64,000 bases of DNA from Amphiscolops sp. MND2022. Taxonomy: Eukaryota. The notes beneath the pieces are model-generated. The model had not been told where the DNA came from and searched no databases. It was given only the letters and a program-made list of their open reading frames with translations. The stretch lies in contig OZ076409.1 of NCBI GenBank assembly GCA_964187785.1, positions 41,728,001-41,792,000 on the forward strand. Reading direction: 5' to 3'. Of this stretch, positions 63,601 through 64,000 are shown piece after piece. Positions within the stretch are counted from its first letter, which is position 1, and every line of letters begins with the position of its first letter. The translations under genes and the position numbers were made by a program.

Positions 63601-63806
63601 TCCACCAACCCTCGCAATGGAATAGGTGCTGCATGGGGCACGACGAAGGAGACAACGAGCGACGCACGCTCATCAATGCGCGCCTCGCCAGTAGGTTCCT
63701 GGTGGTTAAGGTTGTAGCACTTCAGCTCTTGAGGACCAAGACATATACCAGGTGGAAATACATCTACCACTACACAAGCCTCAAACTTCACATCCACGCC
63801 ATCCAT
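60660..63806 (-). CDS. Gypsy Pol: protease, RT, RNase H
   Basis: LVDTGSG, LLGRNFL, CDFRPLN, DLAWAFWQI, MPFGM, YIDD, DTDASA; separated from integrase by a 1-nt frameshift in an A7 run (60701-60707). Confidence 0.95.
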   Translation of the reverse strand: MDGVDVKFEACVVVDVFPPGICLGPQELKCYNLNHQEPTGEARIDERASLVVSFVVPHAAPIPLRGLVDTGSGVSILTFSAFNRVAARTGTVLKPYQVDLYAANGKTIKTYGLAERIHFQLGGYELETNFVVVDDAMGVEDFLLGRNFLRSYQVLVDLTSMKIVVRAPVKPVWHHAHAQVGDASLVTPVVLDCDLVLQPFERAVARAKLVTDALEPMIFQSVALNASLSDTSLHNVVFLEDSVATVSETGTLYVSLINLSSNPQRVRCGVQLGTVVPVSLVYQAVPQNLGSPTTTSEETNADNGRANFVYKVYSEMNLSTASELTSSSEFEFLSSTDPSETGLSEREIRKRTDPELMAPFPGPESQLQEVKDLWGASACESLGKILNEFDDLFMKHKADIGRCTIAKDTVEVEPGAVPHRKGARRMSPEKAERVNQEVRNLLALGMIRPSLSPWASGIVMEKNGELLSCCDFRPLNEATIKDAYPLPRIDESLARLGKAKIYTSIDLAWAFWQIPVRKTDRHKTAFACELGLFEWRRMPFGMCNASTTFQRAIARALRNIVYREGSMVMAYIDDIVIATETVEDHMARLREVFECLREAGFKMPVAKCDFMKSEIKYLGRVVSAEGVKPDPKAVAKLRDWEIPRNKTEMQSFLGFANYYREFIPWHAMLVAPLHAVTGLNVTFTWGSEQQKAFNEIKKALIEATALAQPDSEVEFVLDTDASAVAISGILHQWQGPPSERRLKLIVYGSKKLTTTQAKYGDPKLEMFAAYYFIVKNHRYLCPRKFTLRVDNQALSWLKTYSTDQALIGRWIMTLEKYHLRVEHRPRTQHRNADGLSKRTNKYRCREKQLAQQPAAGKRWNFLSADGFDKLPVSPWFDLQGRIIPNHPDLPAHLQNLEPKAPSPVLRVIRRTQRATRREKQARALAAPFPPLPPLAPHPHEESYPDYPEDWIDVTAEAREDYLLPTHAVNVPSQTVYSVAGASAARLLGTPSGVRDSIMALKDIDTELHEHAHTVHGIKDLVLAQNRDVHVLALKKTSAEQIHRPRHLS

Positions 63807-64000
63807 TGTCGCGCAACGGGCACTGGGGAATACGTCGTCAGGGTTTCAGACTCTCCCGGGACGTACCACTCCTTCGGATGGGGCAACTCGACTCGCGTGT
63901 AGAGGATAGACAATTCAACCCAAAGCTTTGCAAGAGTCAATGTTGGTTTGCGGACTTGTTCGGCGGCTAATAACAGGTGGATTGAAATCAACGTCCGTCC

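Larger units (their letters stand above)
51405..64000 (-). mobile_element. Large Ty3/Gypsy LTR retrotransposon with extended Pol and extra ORF; 5' part lies beyond the window
   Basis: Minus-strand PR (VDTGS), RT (YIDD), RNase H (DAS...VDNQAL...NADGLS), integrase (HHCC, D-D-E, WRGP); 3' LTR and PPT at left; sharp rise in GC content. Confidence 0.95.

Overview
AT-rich, intron-containing eukaryotic (probably invertebrate metazoan) DNA; the species cannot be fixed from sequence alone. Positions 2.2-22.4 kb (+) hold one spliced gene, a CAMSAP/Patronin homolog (CH-like domain, coiled coils, C-terminal CKK). I reconstructed 17 phase-compatible exons (5097 nt, 1698 aa); two introns need GC donors, and the large introns are filled by non-autonomous transposons (Helentron/HINE-like, hAT, piggyBac and Tc1-type MITEs). 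The rest is mostly mobile DNA: nested HINE-like repeats with a tRNA-derived SINE, a complete but decayed Mag-like Ty3/Gypsy element (33102-38966, 5-bp TSD), a probable solo LTR carrying an ORF, two abutting loop-less palindromes (44663-46009) and a possible decayed SLC22-like gene. The most unusual system is a large minus-strand Gypsy element (51405 to beyond 64000). Its Pol appears to continue past integrase into an AT-hook, a Cys cluster and a TARG1/OARD1-like macrodomain, followed by a ~1350-codon non-env extra ORF with an SGNH-like fold. All domain calls were made by eye and need HMM or structure confirmation.
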